From: Microcoleus sp.
Lineage (GTDB): Bacteria; Cyanobacteriota; Cyanobacteriia; Cyanobacteriales; Microcoleaceae
DNA length: 64,000 nucleotides
Reading direction: 5' to 3'
NCBI GenBank assembly: GCA_052279835.1
Contig: CP181291.1
Span: 736,001-800,000 of the forward strand
A model generated the notes under the pieces. That model searched no databases. It had not been told where the DNA came from and saw only the letters and a program-made list of their open reading frames with translations. The number at the start of each line of letters is the position of its first letter. Position 1 is the first letter of the stretch. The position numbers and the translations under genes were made by a program. Below, piece after piece: positions 1 through 10,697 of the stretch.

Positions 1-138
1 AAGGTAATGCACTGTACTTATCCTTACCGCCCGCAGTACGCTAAGAATGTGACGAGAACGCTATTTACTAGAATAGTCGATCGCGCTGCTAAAATATTTT
101 TACCAAATCAACTTAACAATCCCTGGCGCTTAAAATAG
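1..138 (+). CDS. 3' end of an upstream CDS (partial), probably part of the glycosylation cluster
   Basis: Frame 1 is open from the window start (KVMHCTYPYRPQY...PWRLK) to TAG at 136-138, co-directional with the downstream cluster; no family motif visible. Confidence 0.45.
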   Translation, partial: KVMHCTYPYRPQYAKNVTRTLFTRIVDRAAKIFLPNQLNNPWRLK

Positions 139-221
139 ACTTTCTCTAACTCTGCGCCCTCTGCGGTTCATTTAAAAAAAACATCATTCACAACAAAGGA
201 AATAGGATAGCTCTAGCTGCT

Positions 222-1019
222 GTGCAACATTATACTCAAGAATTCTACAAATACTTGCAAAAAACATCCCAAGAATCAGCCAGAGAAATCATTCCAATTA
301 TTTGGGAATTTGTGCAGCCACAGCGAGTAATTGATGTCGGTTGTGGGACAGGGACTTGGTTGTCAGCATTCACAGAATTCGGCGTTGAAGATATTTTGGG
401 CATAGATGGTGATTGGGTTGACCCAAAAATGCTGGAAATTCCGGCTGACAAATTTTTAACCTTAGATTTAAGTCAGCCTTTACCTATTGAGCAAAAATTT
501 GATTTAGTTGTTTCCTTAGAAGTAGCAGAACACATACCCCCGGAGTGCGCCCAGATATTTGTAAACTCTTTAGCGAAGTTAGGTCCAGTAATTTTGTTCT
601 CGGCCGCAGTACCATTTCAAGGAGGAACAAACCACATCAACGAACAGTGGCCTGACTATTGGGCCAAACTATTTCAAGCACAAGGATATGTAGCGATTGA
701 CTGCGTGAGAAACAAAATATGGCAAAACGAGCGAGTCCGATGGTACTATGCCCAGAACATACTGATATTTGCCAAACGGGAATATTTAACAACTAATCCC
801 CTGTTACAAAAAGAGGCAGATAGAACTAACATTTTGCAGCTTGCCTTAATTCATCCATACCTTTATTTGCGAACAGCTTCAGAAGCCACTAAATTAAGAC
901 AAGAAGTCAAAGACGCTCTAGGATTAACAGACCCAAGAATTTCAGTAAAAAAAGTATTTTTTGCTTTACTAACCTTGACAAAATCTCGGTTAAATGGCAA
1001 AATAAAACAACTTTTTTGA
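222..1019 (+). CDS. class I SAM-dependent methyltransferase
   Basis: VIDVGCGTG SAM-binding motif; FDLVVSLEVAEH and GGTNHINEQW motifs typical of polysaccharide-cluster methyltransferases. Confidence 0.9.
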   Translation: MQHYTQEFYKYLQKTSQESAREIIPIIWEFVQPQRVIDVGCGTGTWLSAFTEFGVEDILGIDGDWVDPKMLEIPADKFLTLDLSQPLPIEQKFDLVVSLEVAEHIPPECAQIFVNSLAKLGPVILFSAAVPFQGGTNHINEQWPDYWAKLFQAQGYVAIDCVRNKIWQNERVRWYYAQNILIFAKREYLTTNPLLQKEADRTNILQLALIHPYLYLRTASEATKLRQEVKDALGLTDPRISVKKVFFALLTLTKSRLNGKIKQLF

Positions 1020-2188
1020 AAAGATACCAAGTGAAAGTTTCGTTAGTCGCGAGCGATTTGTCAGGAGGAGGTGCAATTCGTGCTTTTCTGTTAGCTCAAG
1101 TTCTGATTGAGCTTAAGTGTGATGTAGAAATTGTCGGATTTATGTTTGGTAAGGAATTATATGCAATTCCTCCTAAAGACATCCCGGTATATGCGATACC
1201 GGGGAGCAAATATCCGGGTTTTGTGATGAACGCTCACAAACTTTTGAAAAAAATAGATGGGGATATTATTTATGCAGTCAAACCTAAACCTAGCAGCTTT
1301 GGTTTATCATTGCTCAAAAAACTGGAGACTCACCGCCCTATAATTTTAGATATAGACGACTGGGAACTGAGCTGGTTCGGCGGAGACGAATGGAAATATC
1401 GCCCTGATTTCAAACAACTTTACCGAGACATTGTAAAAACAAATGGTCAATTGAGAGAACCAGATCATCCGTTGTATATTAAGTGGATGGAAAGTTTAGT
1501 TTCCCGTGCGGATGCTGTCACTGTGGATACGGAGTTTTTAAAACAACGTTTTGGTGGTGTATATTTGCCTAATGGCAAGGATACTGAAATGTTCGATCCG
1601 GCTAAATACCATCCTGAACTAAGCAGACGGCGTTACGGGTTGTCCGGGTATAAAATTTTAATGTTTCCCGGTGCACCGAGACCTCATAAAGGCGTTGAGG
1701 ATGTTTTGATGGCCCTCGAACAGTTAAATCAGCCTAATTTAAAGTTAGCGATTGTGGGCGGAAGTCCTTATGATGATTATGACGATCGACTTATGCAACA
1801 ATGGGGGCGTTGGATTATTAAACTGCCAAAATTTCCAGTGGAAAGGATGCCTGAAGTTGTAGCGGCGGCTCATATTGTCGTTGTTCCTCAGCGAGAGACT
1901 TTGACAGCGGTGGCTCAGTTTCCGCTCAAGTTGACAGATGGGATGGCAATGGCTAAGCCTGTTTTGTCTACGCGAGTGGGGGATATTCCTGAAATTTTAG
2001 GCGGCACCGGTTATTTAGTAGAGCCTAATTCTCCCGCTCAAATTTCCCAGAAAATTCAATGGATATTTCAAAATTTGACAGAAGCAAATCTGCAAGGAAT
2101 GAAAGCTAGGGAAAGATGCGTAGAAAAATATAGCATTAAAACAATGGCCCCGATCCTTTCAGATATAATTGCAGGTATATCGAGGTAA
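1016..2188 (+). CDS. glycosyltransferase family 4 (true start may be GTG 1031)
   Basis: GT-B C-terminal motifs RPHKGVE, FPLKLTDGMAMAKPVLSTRVGDIPEI. Confidence 0.9.
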   Translation: MKRYQVKVSLVASDLSGGGAIRAFLLAQVLIELKCDVEIVGFMFGKELYAIPPKDIPVYAIPGSKYPGFVMNAHKLLKKIDGDIIYAVKPKPSSFGLSLLKKLETHRPIILDIDDWELSWFGGDEWKYRPDFKQLYRDIVKTNGQLREPDHPLYIKWMESLVSRADAVTVDTEFLKQRFGGVYLPNGKDTEMFDPAKYHPELSRRRYGLSGYKILMFPGAPRPHKGVEDVLMALEQLNQPNLKLAIVGGSPYDDYDDRLMQQWGRWIIKLPKFPVERMPEVVAAAHIVVVPQRETLTAVAQFPLKLTDGMAMAKPVLSTRVGDIPEILGGTGYLVEPNSPAQISQKIQWIFQNLTEANLQGMKARERCVEKYSIKTMAPILSDIIAGISR

Positions 2189-2274
2189 ATTTTTAGTGAC
2201 TGAATGGAGGAAGATACACTGGCTGTAATTAAAAAAAATTTTGAAATGTTGTACTATTTAGCTGGGAATGCTTC

Positions 2275-4278
2275 ATGTCTGCAAATAAGCTACTCCTAAA
2301 ATTTGCCAGACGATATCCAGGCAGGATTTTTTTGACTGTGTTCCTGGGATTCTCTGGGGCTTTATTCAATGGTATCAGCACTACTCTGATTGTACCAGTG
2401 CTTTTGAATTTTTTGCAGGAAGCTGTCGAGTTGCGGGGTGCTCCACCTTTAATTAAAATTTTGATGTATCCCTTTGAAGGAATGCCTCAAAATCAGCGTT
2501 TGGTGTTAATGACCGTCGCGATAGTTATGACAATTATATTTAAAAATATTGCTAGTTATACTAATACTTTAGTAGCTACTTCTCTGACGCGGGCTTTGAC
2601 TTTTGACTTGCGAGAGGCTGGATTGCGCTTGTTATTAGAAGTAGATTTGGATTATTACTCAAAAACTAAAGTAGGGGATTTAATTAATAGATTGGGCGGA
2701 GAAGTAGGTCGAACTGCTAATGCAATTGGCACGGCTATCGGGGTGTTTACTACCTCAATTACTGTTTTGGTTTTTGTGGGTTTGCTGCTTTCAATATCTT
2801 GGAAAATGACGCTGACATCTACGATTTTATTGGGGCTGGTTGCTTGGACAAATCAGTATATTATTAACCGTTCTAAACATTTTGGTATGATGTTATCGGA
2901 AATGTCTAAAGATTATTCAGTGGGGATATTGGAAACTATCACTGGGATTAGACTTGTCAAGTCAACCGGGAACGAAGAAAAAGAGTACGAGCGGATTAAA
3001 AAATTAATTCATAGGCGAGAACAAGCGGATTTTTCAGCTCAGATAAACTATGCAGCGATCGCTCCTATTAACGAAGTTGTGAATTTGATAGTGATTATTT
3101 TAATTATATTTATAGGTAGGACAATATTTGTAAATGAAATAGAGTCTATTTCTACGGTTCTTCTAACATATTTATTGGTGCTTTTTAGACTAATACCTCT
3201 GATTTCTCAATTAAATAGTGGTCGCAGTCAATTTGCTAACACATCGGCTAGTGTAGAGGTTGTTAATAATTTTTTAAGATGTGATGACAAGCCATTTATG
3301 CGGAATGGGTTAGTGCCATATACTCATTTGCGATCGGGAATTCATTTTAATAAAATATCTTTTAATTATCCAAATCATAAAAACTTAGTTCTGCAAGGAA
3401 TAGATTTATTTCTACCTCACGGTACTACTTTGGCTTTGGTAGGCAGTTCAGGTTCTGGTAAATCAACTTTAGCAGATTTATTACCGAGATTTTACGATCC
3501 TACTGAAGGTAGTATCTCGATCGATGGCGTGGATCTGCGCGAATTTGATGTCAAAAGCTTGAGAAAAGCTATGGGAATTGTTAGTCAAGATACGTTCTTG
3601 TTTAATGCGTCAGTACGCGACAATATTGCTTATGCTAGACAAGAAGCAACAGAAGCAGAAATTGTGGAGGCAGCGAAGGGAGCAAATGCTTACGAGTTTA
3701 TCAAACAGTTGCCGGAGGGATTGGATACTCAAATTGGCGATCGCGGTCTGATCCTATCGGGAGGGCAGCGTCAGAGAATTTCCATTGCTAGAGCCCTGCT
3801 GCAAAACCCAGAAATTTTAATTTTAGATGAAGCAACCAGCTCCCTGGATACAGTGGCGGAAAGGTACGTGCAAGAGGCGATCGAGAAATTGAGTTACGAT
3901 CGCACCACGTTAGTCATTGCCCACCGCCTCTCCACAGTCCAAAAAGCCCATAAAATCGCTGTGATAGATCGAGGACGAGTAGTAGAAATTGGTTCTCACA
4001 AAGACTTGTTAGCAAAAGGAGGATACTACACCCGCTTGCATTCTATGCAATTTGCCGAAGAAACTGCTCGCGACGAAGCTTTAATTAAAGGTTCTTACGA
4101 AATTCGCACTCGTCTAACTCCCATGATAGCTTACCTAAAATTGCTACTAGATGAAATGGTAGATTCTCCCGAAGAAAGGGATGAACTAATCAGAGAATCC
4201 TTTCAATCCGCTGCTAATATTTTTGAGACTTTAGAATTTATTGAAAATACAATCAGGCGTCAGCCGATTAACAAATAG
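2275..4278 (+). CDS. ABC transporter, fused permease and ATPase (HepA/MsbA-like), with a C-terminal HisKA-like extension
   Basis: N-terminal TM helices, Walker A GSSGSGKS, signature LSGGQRQ, Walker B ILILDEATS, H-loop IAHRLS; about 70 extra C-terminal residues. Confidence 0.92.
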   Translation: MSANKLLLKFARRYPGRIFLTVFLGFSGALFNGISTTLIVPVLLNFLQEAVELRGAPPLIKILMYPFEGMPQNQRLVLMTVAIVMTIIFKNIASYTNTLVATSLTRALTFDLREAGLRLLLEVDLDYYSKTKVGDLINRLGGEVGRTANAIGTAIGVFTTSITVLVFVGLLLSISWKMTLTSTILLGLVAWTNQYIINRSKHFGMMLSEMSKDYSVGILETITGIRLVKSTGNEEKEYERIKKLIHRREQADFSAQINYAAIAPINEVVNLIVIILIIFIGRTIFVNEIESISTVLLTYLLVLFRLIPLISQLNSGRSQFANTSASVEVVNNFLRCDDKPFMRNGLVPYTHLRSGIHFNKISFNYPNHKNLVLQGIDLFLPHGTTLALVGSSGSGKSTLADLLPRFYDPTEGSISIDGVDLREFDVKSLRKAMGIVSQDTFLFNASVRDNIAYARQEATEAEIVEAAKGANAYEFIKQLPEGLDTQIGDRGLILSGGQRQRISIARALLQNPEILILDEATSSLDTVAERYVQEAIEKLSYDRTTLVIAHRLSTVQKAHKIAVIDRGRVVEIGSHKDLLAKGGYYTRLHSMQFAEETARDEALIKGSYEIRTRLTPMIAYLKLLLDEMVDSPEERDELIRESFQSAANIFETLEFIENTIRRQPINK

Positions 4279-4279
4279 A

Positions 4280-4325
4280 TATTGGTTATTGGTTATTGGT
4301 TATTGGTTATTGGTTATTGGTCATT
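4280..4325. repeat. STRR heptamer array (ATTGGTT)n
   Basis: About 6 tandem ATTGGTT units directly after the stop codon. Confidence 0.85.
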
Positions 4326-4413
4326 GATTGTTCGTTATACTAAATTTTGGTTACTCACCCCATAGTTTAATCTTGTTTGCTAACTTTTCCCCCTTTTTCA
4401 CTATACCCAGAGC

Positions 4414-5643
4414 TTGTTTAACCAATTACCATCACCCATTACCATGTCTCCATATTATGTATTCTTCACCCGCAATATATTGCCACAACCGAATGTAGCT
4501 AGCTTAGTTCAAGTTGCCCACTCGGCGAATGCCGCAGCAAATCTCGGTTTACCAGCAGTGTTAGTATATCTCCGTAAAGGATGGAGTGCTCTTAATCCAG
4601 TAGATTTACTCCATCCTTTTCAACCTAGAAAACCCGATGAAAAACTTGCCAAAATCTACAACATTCAAGAAAACTTAAAAGTAGCAGATTTACCGATGCC
4701 GTGGCCCATCGACCTTTGGGACAACAAGTGGACGAGTTCGAGTACAATAGTATCAAAATACTACCTACCAATGCACCTGCGGAAATCAACTCAAATTGTC
4801 CACAGCCGCGACTGGAACTTTGTCAAAGCAGCAATTAAAAATGGAATTCCCGCTATCTACGAACAGCATCATCACGAAAACAAAAAATTTGAAACAGAAA
4901 TTGTCTGCAATCCTCTGTTTCAAATTGCTGTAACTGTTGCCGATACAGTGCGAGATAGCATGATGCAAAATGGAATGCCACCAGAAAAAGTAATTATGCT
5001 GCACAACGGTTTCAATCATTTATTTTTGGCCAGACAAACGGCAGCATCCCAGAATTGGCGACAGCAGCTATTAACAGACGGCAGACAGCATTTAGCAGTT
5101 TATGCAGGCGGACTTTACCCGTTTAAAGGTGTGGATATGTTAGTAGATGTAGCTGAGGAATTGCCAGGAGTTCAATTTGCGATCGCCGGTGGTAGCGCAT
5201 CCCAAGTAACAGCCTACCAAAAATTAGCCAAATCCCAGCAAGTTAACAACATAAAATTTCTAGGCTACCTCCCACAGAATCAACTTGCTAGCTTACTACA
5301 AGCCGCTGATGTTTTAACTCACCCTCACTGTTGGACAGAAGCTGCGACATTTACATCTCCTTTAAAATTCTTTGATTATATGGCATCGGGAACTCCAATT
5401 GTGGCGACAGAGATTCCATCTTTGCGGGAGTTTAAATCGGGAAACATCGCTGCGACTTGGTGCACACCCGATAACCCCTATGAATTTGCACAAAGCATTC
5501 AAAGTAGTTTAATAAAATATCCCTGGAAGGTAGAAGGTTATGCAGAAACTATGGATTTTGTCAAGCAATTTTCCTGGGAAAATCGGATTGAGAAAATTTT
5601 GAGTTATGTAGACGAGCAAGTGCGATCGCAACTACTTACATAA
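4414..5643 (+). CDS. glycosyltransferase family 4 (start likely ATG 4444)
   Basis: YAGGLYPFKGVD, TSPLKFFDYMASGTPIVATEIP, FSWENR GT-B motifs. Confidence 0.9.
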   Translation: MFNQLPSPITMSPYYVFFTRNILPQPNVASLVQVAHSANAAANLGLPAVLVYLRKGWSALNPVDLLHPFQPRKPDEKLAKIYNIQENLKVADLPMPWPIDLWDNKWTSSSTIVSKYYLPMHLRKSTQIVHSRDWNFVKAAIKNGIPAIYEQHHHENKKFETEIVCNPLFQIAVTVADTVRDSMMQNGMPPEKVIMLHNGFNHLFLARQTAASQNWRQQLLTDGRQHLAVYAGGLYPFKGVDMLVDVAEELPGVQFAIAGGSASQVTAYQKLAKSQQVNNIKFLGYLPQNQLASLLQAADVLTHPHCWTEAATFTSPLKFFDYMASGTPIVATEIPSLREFKSGNIAATWCTPDNPYEFAQSIQSSLIKYPWKVEGYAETMDFVKQFSWENRIEKILSYVDEQVRSQLLT

Positions 5644-5718
5644 TTTAAAATTGGTTCCTCTAGTAAGTAAGGACTTTAGCCATTTTTGTGAGAGGACTTC
5701 AGTCCTCACTACAAACTT

Positions 5719-6705
5719 ATGATGGTTCGTATTAACGACATAATATTCAAAATGAACCCAAAAATCATCGCCACAATCACCACCTACCCCGCCATGAGCC
5801 AAAGCGACTGGCTGTGGCAACAAACCCCGGAAAATTTCGGAAAATGGAAAAACATTCAAATGCTAGCAAACCATCCAGAACCAGACTTTTTACTCATGTA
5901 TCAATTCGACTTTCCCAAAGCGCCGAAAAAGCGATCGTGGCTGGACCAAATTCGCCATCCTACCCCTCCAAATTCCGAAAATGAACAACTTCGAGAAAAA
6001 TTGCGCGGAGTCCCCAAAGAACGCATTATTTACCTAATTCGCGAGCCACCATTACCAGAAGTCATTGAAATTACCAAAGCCAACTACGAACAAGCCAAAC
6101 TTTACTGCGGTTACATTTCCGGGCCAGACGACTTCGCACCAAACCCAAATTATATGCCCGCAATTTGGTATCACAGCAACTCATTTCGAGAACTCGATGA
6201 AATGCCTCCACCCGCTAAAACTAAACCCTGTTCTTGGATTACTTCAGGTGTTAGCCGTAGTGCTAATCACCGCCAGCGATTAGAGTTTATCAAATTGCTA
6301 CAAGCACAAGAATTAAATTTTGACCTTTACGGGCGAAACCTGCCCCCTTGGGCCGGCGGTAAAGGCATTGTGAACAATAAATGGCACGCCGTTGCACCTT
6401 ACTATTACAACTTAGCTATTGAAAATTATGCAGCAAACGATTGGTATGTGAGCGAGAAACTTTGGGATGCTTTGTTAGCTTGGTGTTTGCCGATTTATTA
6501 CGGCGGTGCTGCGGCGGATAAATTGTTGCCGGCGGGGAGTTTTCTGCGGCTTCCCAGTCTGGATGAGACAGGAGTAGAATTTATCACAGAGGTGATGGCA
6601 ACTCCCGATTATTGGCATGAAGCGATCGAGAAAATTGCGGAAGCCAGACAAATAATTCTCCACGAATTGAACCTGCTCAATTGGTTGGCTAATTTTACAT
6701 CTTAG
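5719..6705 (+). CDS. glycosyltransferase family 10 (alpha-1,3-fucosyltransferase-like); start possibly ATG 5752
   Basis: YYYNLAIEN...YVSEKLWDAL..WCLPIYYG matches the GT10 fucosyltransferase motif. Confidence 0.85.
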   Translation: MMVRINDIIFKMNPKIIATITTYPAMSQSDWLWQQTPENFGKWKNIQMLANHPEPDFLLMYQFDFPKAPKKRSWLDQIRHPTPPNSENEQLREKLRGVPKERIIYLIREPPLPEVIEITKANYEQAKLYCGYISGPDDFAPNPNYMPAIWYHSNSFRELDEMPPPAKTKPCSWITSGVSRSANHRQRLEFIKLLQAQELNFDLYGRNLPPWAGGKGIVNNKWHAVAPYYYNLAIENYAANDWYVSEKLWDALLAWCLPIYYGGAAADKLLPAGSFLRLPSLDETGVEFITEVMATPDYWHEAIEKIAEARQIILHELNLLNWLANFTS

Positions 6706-6862
6706 GAGATTGGCGGGGAGCATATTAGTCAGCACTTACGCATGGGGGGGCAAAAACCCCTGGTGGTTGAGCGGAGTCGAAACCCTGCGTGAATATTGTC
6801 GAAAAAAAGGACTAATATAAAATCCTCTCTTCATCGTCCTGTATTAAACTCTCTCTTCTCTT

Positions 6863-6944
6863 GCTTCGCGTCCTACCCTACGGGAACGGCTTCGCCGAAC
6901 GCGCCTTCGCGGTTAAATCATTCCGATACAACCGGAATTGATAT
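6863..6944. repeat. MITE/REP-like element end shared with 52014-52061
   Basis: GCGCCTTCGCGGTTAAATCATTCC(G/T)ATACAACCGGAAT(T/A)GATAT occurs at both loci. Confidence 0.6.
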
Positions 6945-7271
6945 AATTTGGCATCCCATCGAGGGGGAGTCGGAGCTAAAATTTGTCATCGAATGACCGT
7001 CAGAGTCGGTGACAGCGCCCAGAGATGCTGCTAAAGTTGAGGATGGGAGCCGGCAAAAAATCAACCCCAGGCAAGATTTTTGGGGAAGGGGCTTTCTGAT
7101 ACACACCCTTAGCACTTATAATTACTACAAGAATATTTACATAGTTCAACAGGTTCTTAAAGAACCTTACTATCCTTAATGAAGCTTAAAATTAGTAAAT
7201 TGTTGGTTAAAGTTACCTGGAACCCCCAGAAGGCTGTAGGCTGCCCCGTCTGGTTAGCGGTGAGATAAATA

Positions 7272-8012
7272 ATGATGCCTCGGATACTTGTTATTGACGA
7301 TGACGCGGCGATCGCGGAACTCGTAGCCATTAACCTAGAAATGGCTGGGTACGAAGTAACCCACGCAGAAGACGGCATCAAAGGTCAGGCCCTAGCCATA
7401 CAACTGCTGCCAGACTTGATCGTCCTAGACCTGATGTTGCCTAGAGTAGACGGATTCACAGTGTGTCAGCGTTTGCGGCGAGACGATCGCACCGCCGACA
7501 TTCCCGTCTTGATGTTGACCGCCTTAAGTCAAACTCAAGACAAAGTAGAAGGCTTCAACTCCGGTGCCGACGACTACCTCACCAAGCCCTTTGAACTAGA
7601 AGAAATGCTAGCGCGAGTGCGAGCCCTACTGAGGCGCACAGACCGCATTCCCCAAGCAGCCAAACACTCCGAAATCCTGAATTACGGACCACTGACCCTT
7701 GTACCAGAAAGGTTTGAAGCTGTTTGGTATACTCAGATTGTCAAATTGACCCACCTAGAGTTCGAGTTACTACACTGCTTGCTTCAGCGCCACGGTCAGA
7801 CAGTCTCTCCCAGCGAAATTCTTAAAGAAGTCTGGGGTTATGACCCCGACGACGACATCGAAACCATTCGCGTACACATCAGACACCTGAGAACCAAGAT
7901 GGAACCCGATCCCCGCCATCCTCGGTACATCAAAACCGTATACGGAGCAGGCTATTGTCTGGAATTACCCAGCAACGAGCAAGTAGCGGAGGAAAGCAAA
8001 TCATCTGCTTGA
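7272..8012 (+). CDS. rpaA: OmpR-family response regulator RpaA
   Basis: RILVIDDD receiver domain, [10 protein letters not shown] phosphoacceptor, and [19 protein letters not shown] / [20 protein letters not shown] characteristic of RpaA. Confidence 0.92.
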   Translation: MMPRILVIDDDAAIAELVAINLEMAGYEVTHAEDGIKGQALAIQLLPDLIVLDLMLPRVDGFTVCQRLRRDDRTADIPVLMLTALSQTQDKVEGFNSGADDYLTKPFELEEMLARVRALLRRTDRIPQAAKHSEILNYGPLTLVPERFEAVWYTQIVKLTHLEFELLHCLLQRHGQTVSPSEILKEVWGYDPDDDIETIRVHIRHLRTKMEPDPRHPRYIKTVYGAGYCLELPSNEQVAEESKSSA

Positions 8013-8054
8013 GTTAGTGCGCCACAAGCCACAACCAATGACAAATCTAGCTAA

Positions 8055-8086
8055 AAAAGCCTGAGAACACTTGCTCTCAGGCTTTT
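8055..8086. terminator. bidirectional intrinsic terminator between convergent genes
   Basis: AAAAGCCTGAGA-N8-TCTCAGGCTTTT inverted repeat. Confidence 0.8.
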
Positions 8087-8103
8087 AATTTCTAATCGAC
8101 CCA

Positions 8104-8955
8104 TCAAGCAACCTCAGTATCGCAGCGTTGATGTTCCATCCGAAATACATTCGCGTACAAACTAGCAACAATCTGTTTACCTTCCTGGGTTAACTGTAAG
8201 TAACCGAGAGATTCGCTGATGTGCGGATAAATACCGATCCAGTAAAACTTCGAGTAGCTTTGGAGCAAGTCCCCCGGATGTCGGTAGCCCAAAACCTTAG
8301 TATCACCGCTTTCTTCCAATTCGTAAAACAGCGCCCCCATTTTTTGTAAATATTGTGGGTTGCTCAGTTGACCGATCAAGTCCGCACCGCGAACTAAACT
8401 CGAATCATTAACTACATTCTGATTAGCGTTGCTCTCCAGCACCGAAAAACGAGTTTCCTCGATGTTTTGCTTGATGGCTTCAGCATTAATTAGCTTGTGA
8501 TTCCCGAAGCGTTCGTCAATGAAGAGTTTAGCTCTATCAACTCGGTAAGGTGCTAGGCTGGCTGCGGTTGCACCGGGAGGAAGTGCAATTTTTATGCCAT
8601 TTTTTCCTGTAGCGTACAATCCTTCTGCTGGTTGGTCAAGTCGGCAAACTCCTTTAACATATCCGATATCTTGACAAAGCAACGAAATGATGAAGTGAAG
8701 CCAATCTTCGCAGGATACTCCTCCTTTGCGAATGTGTTTTCCCCGCAAGATTTCTTGACCGACTAGGGTGACACAAATTGCGTGTTCTACATTATGATAA
8801 AGAGCGTCGCTATTGGCAATGTTTTCTAATGCCATTGCTCCCACCCAAGAAATTATATCTGCATAATCTGATTTATACCCTCCGTAAGTGCGACTATAGC
8901 CGTTCTCAAGGTGTTGAATGAAAGCCTCTATTAGTAGTTCAGTAGAATTAAACAT
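8104..8955 (-). CDS. HD-domain metalloprotein (Npun_R2479-like family), degenerate HD motif
   Basis: DALYHNVEH, EDWLHFIISLLCQDIGYVKG, ADLIGQL family motifs. Confidence 0.8.
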   Translation of the reverse strand: MFNSTELLIEAFIQHLENGYSRTYGGYKSDYADIISWVGAMALENIANSDALYHNVEHAICVTLVGQEILRGKHIRKGGVSCEDWLHFIISLLCQDIGYVKGVCRLDQPAEGLYATGKNGIKIALPPGATAASLAPYRVDRAKLFIDERFGNHKLINAEAIKQNIEETRFSVLESNANQNVVNDSSLVRGADLIGQLSNPQYLQKMGALFYELEESGDTKVLGYRHPGDLLQSYSKFYWIGIYPHISESLGYLQLTQEGKQIVASLYANVFRMEHQRCDTEVA

Positions 8956-9081
8956 ACCCGTCCTTTTACCCTAGTATCGCCTTCCTCTAGTATGGATTTT
9001 AAATTTTTGTGAGTTTAGGTTGAATCCCTCGCGAATTAATTAATCGAAGCTTAACTTAAAAATCACCAATGCCCTAGAAAG

Positions 9082-9285
9082 TTAGTCCATCACGGACAGC
9101 CATCCCCGGCGTACTGCGTAAAGTAGTCTGCTGATGATTTTTTGGTCGTCTGAGCTTCGGGAAGTTTGAGAATTAATTGCCGATTGAATCTCTTGTAACT
9201 GATTTTTGTCAATGGTTCCAGATTTCCAAATGTTTAAGTAGAGTTCCGAAATTGTATATTCGGGAATAAAAGTTTTGGTTCTCAT
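9082..9285 (-). CDS. small conserved cyanobacterial hypothetical protein (67 aa)
   Basis: ATG at 9285 inside the longer track ORF; C-terminal ISRLLYAVRRGWL resembles a common small cyanobacterial protein family. Confidence 0.6.
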   Translation of the reverse strand: MRTKTFIPEYTISELYLNIWKSGTIDKNQLQEIQSAINSQTSRSSDDQKIISRLLYAVRRGWLSVMD

Positions 9286-9704
9286 GGCAGGTCTAGTTGA
9301 ATTTATATTGTTTATTATTGGGGTAATTTCTATAATCTTATGTGATATGGATCGACCCGTAGCTGTGATGCGATCGCCAGAGTCAAGTTGAGACCCATCT
9401 ACCAAAGGATTCAAGACCTCAAGGCTATTTTTCACTAAACCCCGTTTCTGCCTCCGCCACTGAGATTGCCTTGGCCACTGCACTGCTTAGCAGTGGCGAA
9501 AAACTCCCGGAAATAAGTTTCAACCGTAGCGGGCGATCTAAAAAATATTGCCAAAAAGAGTTGAGTCGTGTACAATACAGAGTCTGGTATCCTCATTCAT
9601 CCATAATTTTCCCCAAAATCCCATCTCCGCATAGGGGAAGGGACTTTCAGTGCGGATGCCACAAAATCACTCTATTCAGCAAAAAGCTAGAAATGCCGTA
9701 ACTC

Positions 9705-10088
9705 ATGCCCACTATTCAGCAACTCATTCGTTCAGCACGGGAACAAACGCAGAAAAAAACCAAATCGCCAGCTCTCAAGAGTTGCCCCCAGCGCCGCGGA
9801 GTTTGTACCAGAGTGTACACAACCACCCCGAAAAAACCTAACTCGGCGCTGCGAAAGGTGGCGCGGGTGCGGCTGACTTCTGGTTTTGAAGTGACAGCCT
9901 ACATCCCCGGTATCGGTCACAACTTGCAAGAACACTCCGTAGTCATGATCCGCGGCGGTAGGGTAAAAGATTTGCCTGGAGTTAGATACCACATCATTCG
10001 CGGTACATTAGACACGGCAGGGGTGAAAGACCGCAAACAAGGTCGTTCCAAATACGGGGCAAAACGTCCTAAAGCAGCGAAGAAATAA
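9705..10088 (+). CDS. rpsL: 30S ribosomal protein S12
   Basis: MPTIQQLIR...[20 protein letters not shown]...[13 protein letters not shown]. Confidence 0.99.
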   Translation: MPTIQQLIRSAREQTQKKTKSPALKSCPQRRGVCTRVYTTTPKKPNSALRKVARVRLTSGFEVTAYIPGIGHNLQEHSVVMIRGGRVKDLPGVRYHIIRGTLDTAGVKDRKQGRSKYGAKRPKAAKK

Positions 10089-10226
10089 AACGTAACTTGC
10101 ATCTTTGAGGGGTTAGAGAGCCAAAATAAACCCTCGATCGCCCGTTGATAGCTAATTAATAGTCGATCGATAGCTCACAAAAACCCCAAACTCCATCATT
10201 CAAAATCAAAAATCCCAAATAGAACT

Positions 10227-10697
10227 ATGTCTCGCCGCACAGTTATTCAAAAACGTCCAGTCCCCCCCGATCCAACCTACAACAGCCGGTTGGTGAGCAT
10301 GATGGTGAGGCGGATTATGCAGCACGGTAAAAAATCCGTTGCCTCCAGCATCGTCTACGACGCCCTCAAAACCATCCAAGAACGCACAGGAGCCGAACCG
10401 TTAGACTTGTTTGAAAAAGCAGTGAAAAACGCTACACCCCTAGTGGAAGTCAAAGCCCGCCGCGTAGGTGGAGCCACCTACCAAGTGCCGATGGAAGTCC
10501 GTTCCGATCGCGGAACAACCCTCGCCCTCCGCTGGCTGATCAGATTTGCCAGAGCCAGAACCGGCCGCTCCATGGCCGCCAAGCTCGCCAACGAACTGAT
10601 GGATGCAGCCAATGAAACAGGTAGCGCCATTCGCAAGCGCGAAGAAACCCACCGTATGGCAGAAGCCAACAAGGCCTTCGCCCACTACCGCTACTAA
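10227..10697 (+). CDS. rpsG: 30S ribosomal protein S7
   Basis: [12 protein letters not shown]...[15 protein letters not shown]. Confidence 0.99.
   Translation: MSRRTVIQKRPVPPDPTYNSRLVSMMVRRIMQHGKKSVASSIVYDALKTIQERTGAEPLDLFEKAVKNATPLVEVKARRVGGATYQVPMEVRSDRGTTLALRWLIRFARARTGRSMAAKLANELMDAANETGSAIRKREETHRMAEANKAFAHYRY

Noticed and set aside
7100..7270. Possible RpaA/RpaB binding boxes upstream of rpaA (TTTACAT, TTAAAGTTACC)
   Set aside because: Only partial matches; cannot be distinguished from AT-rich background by eye
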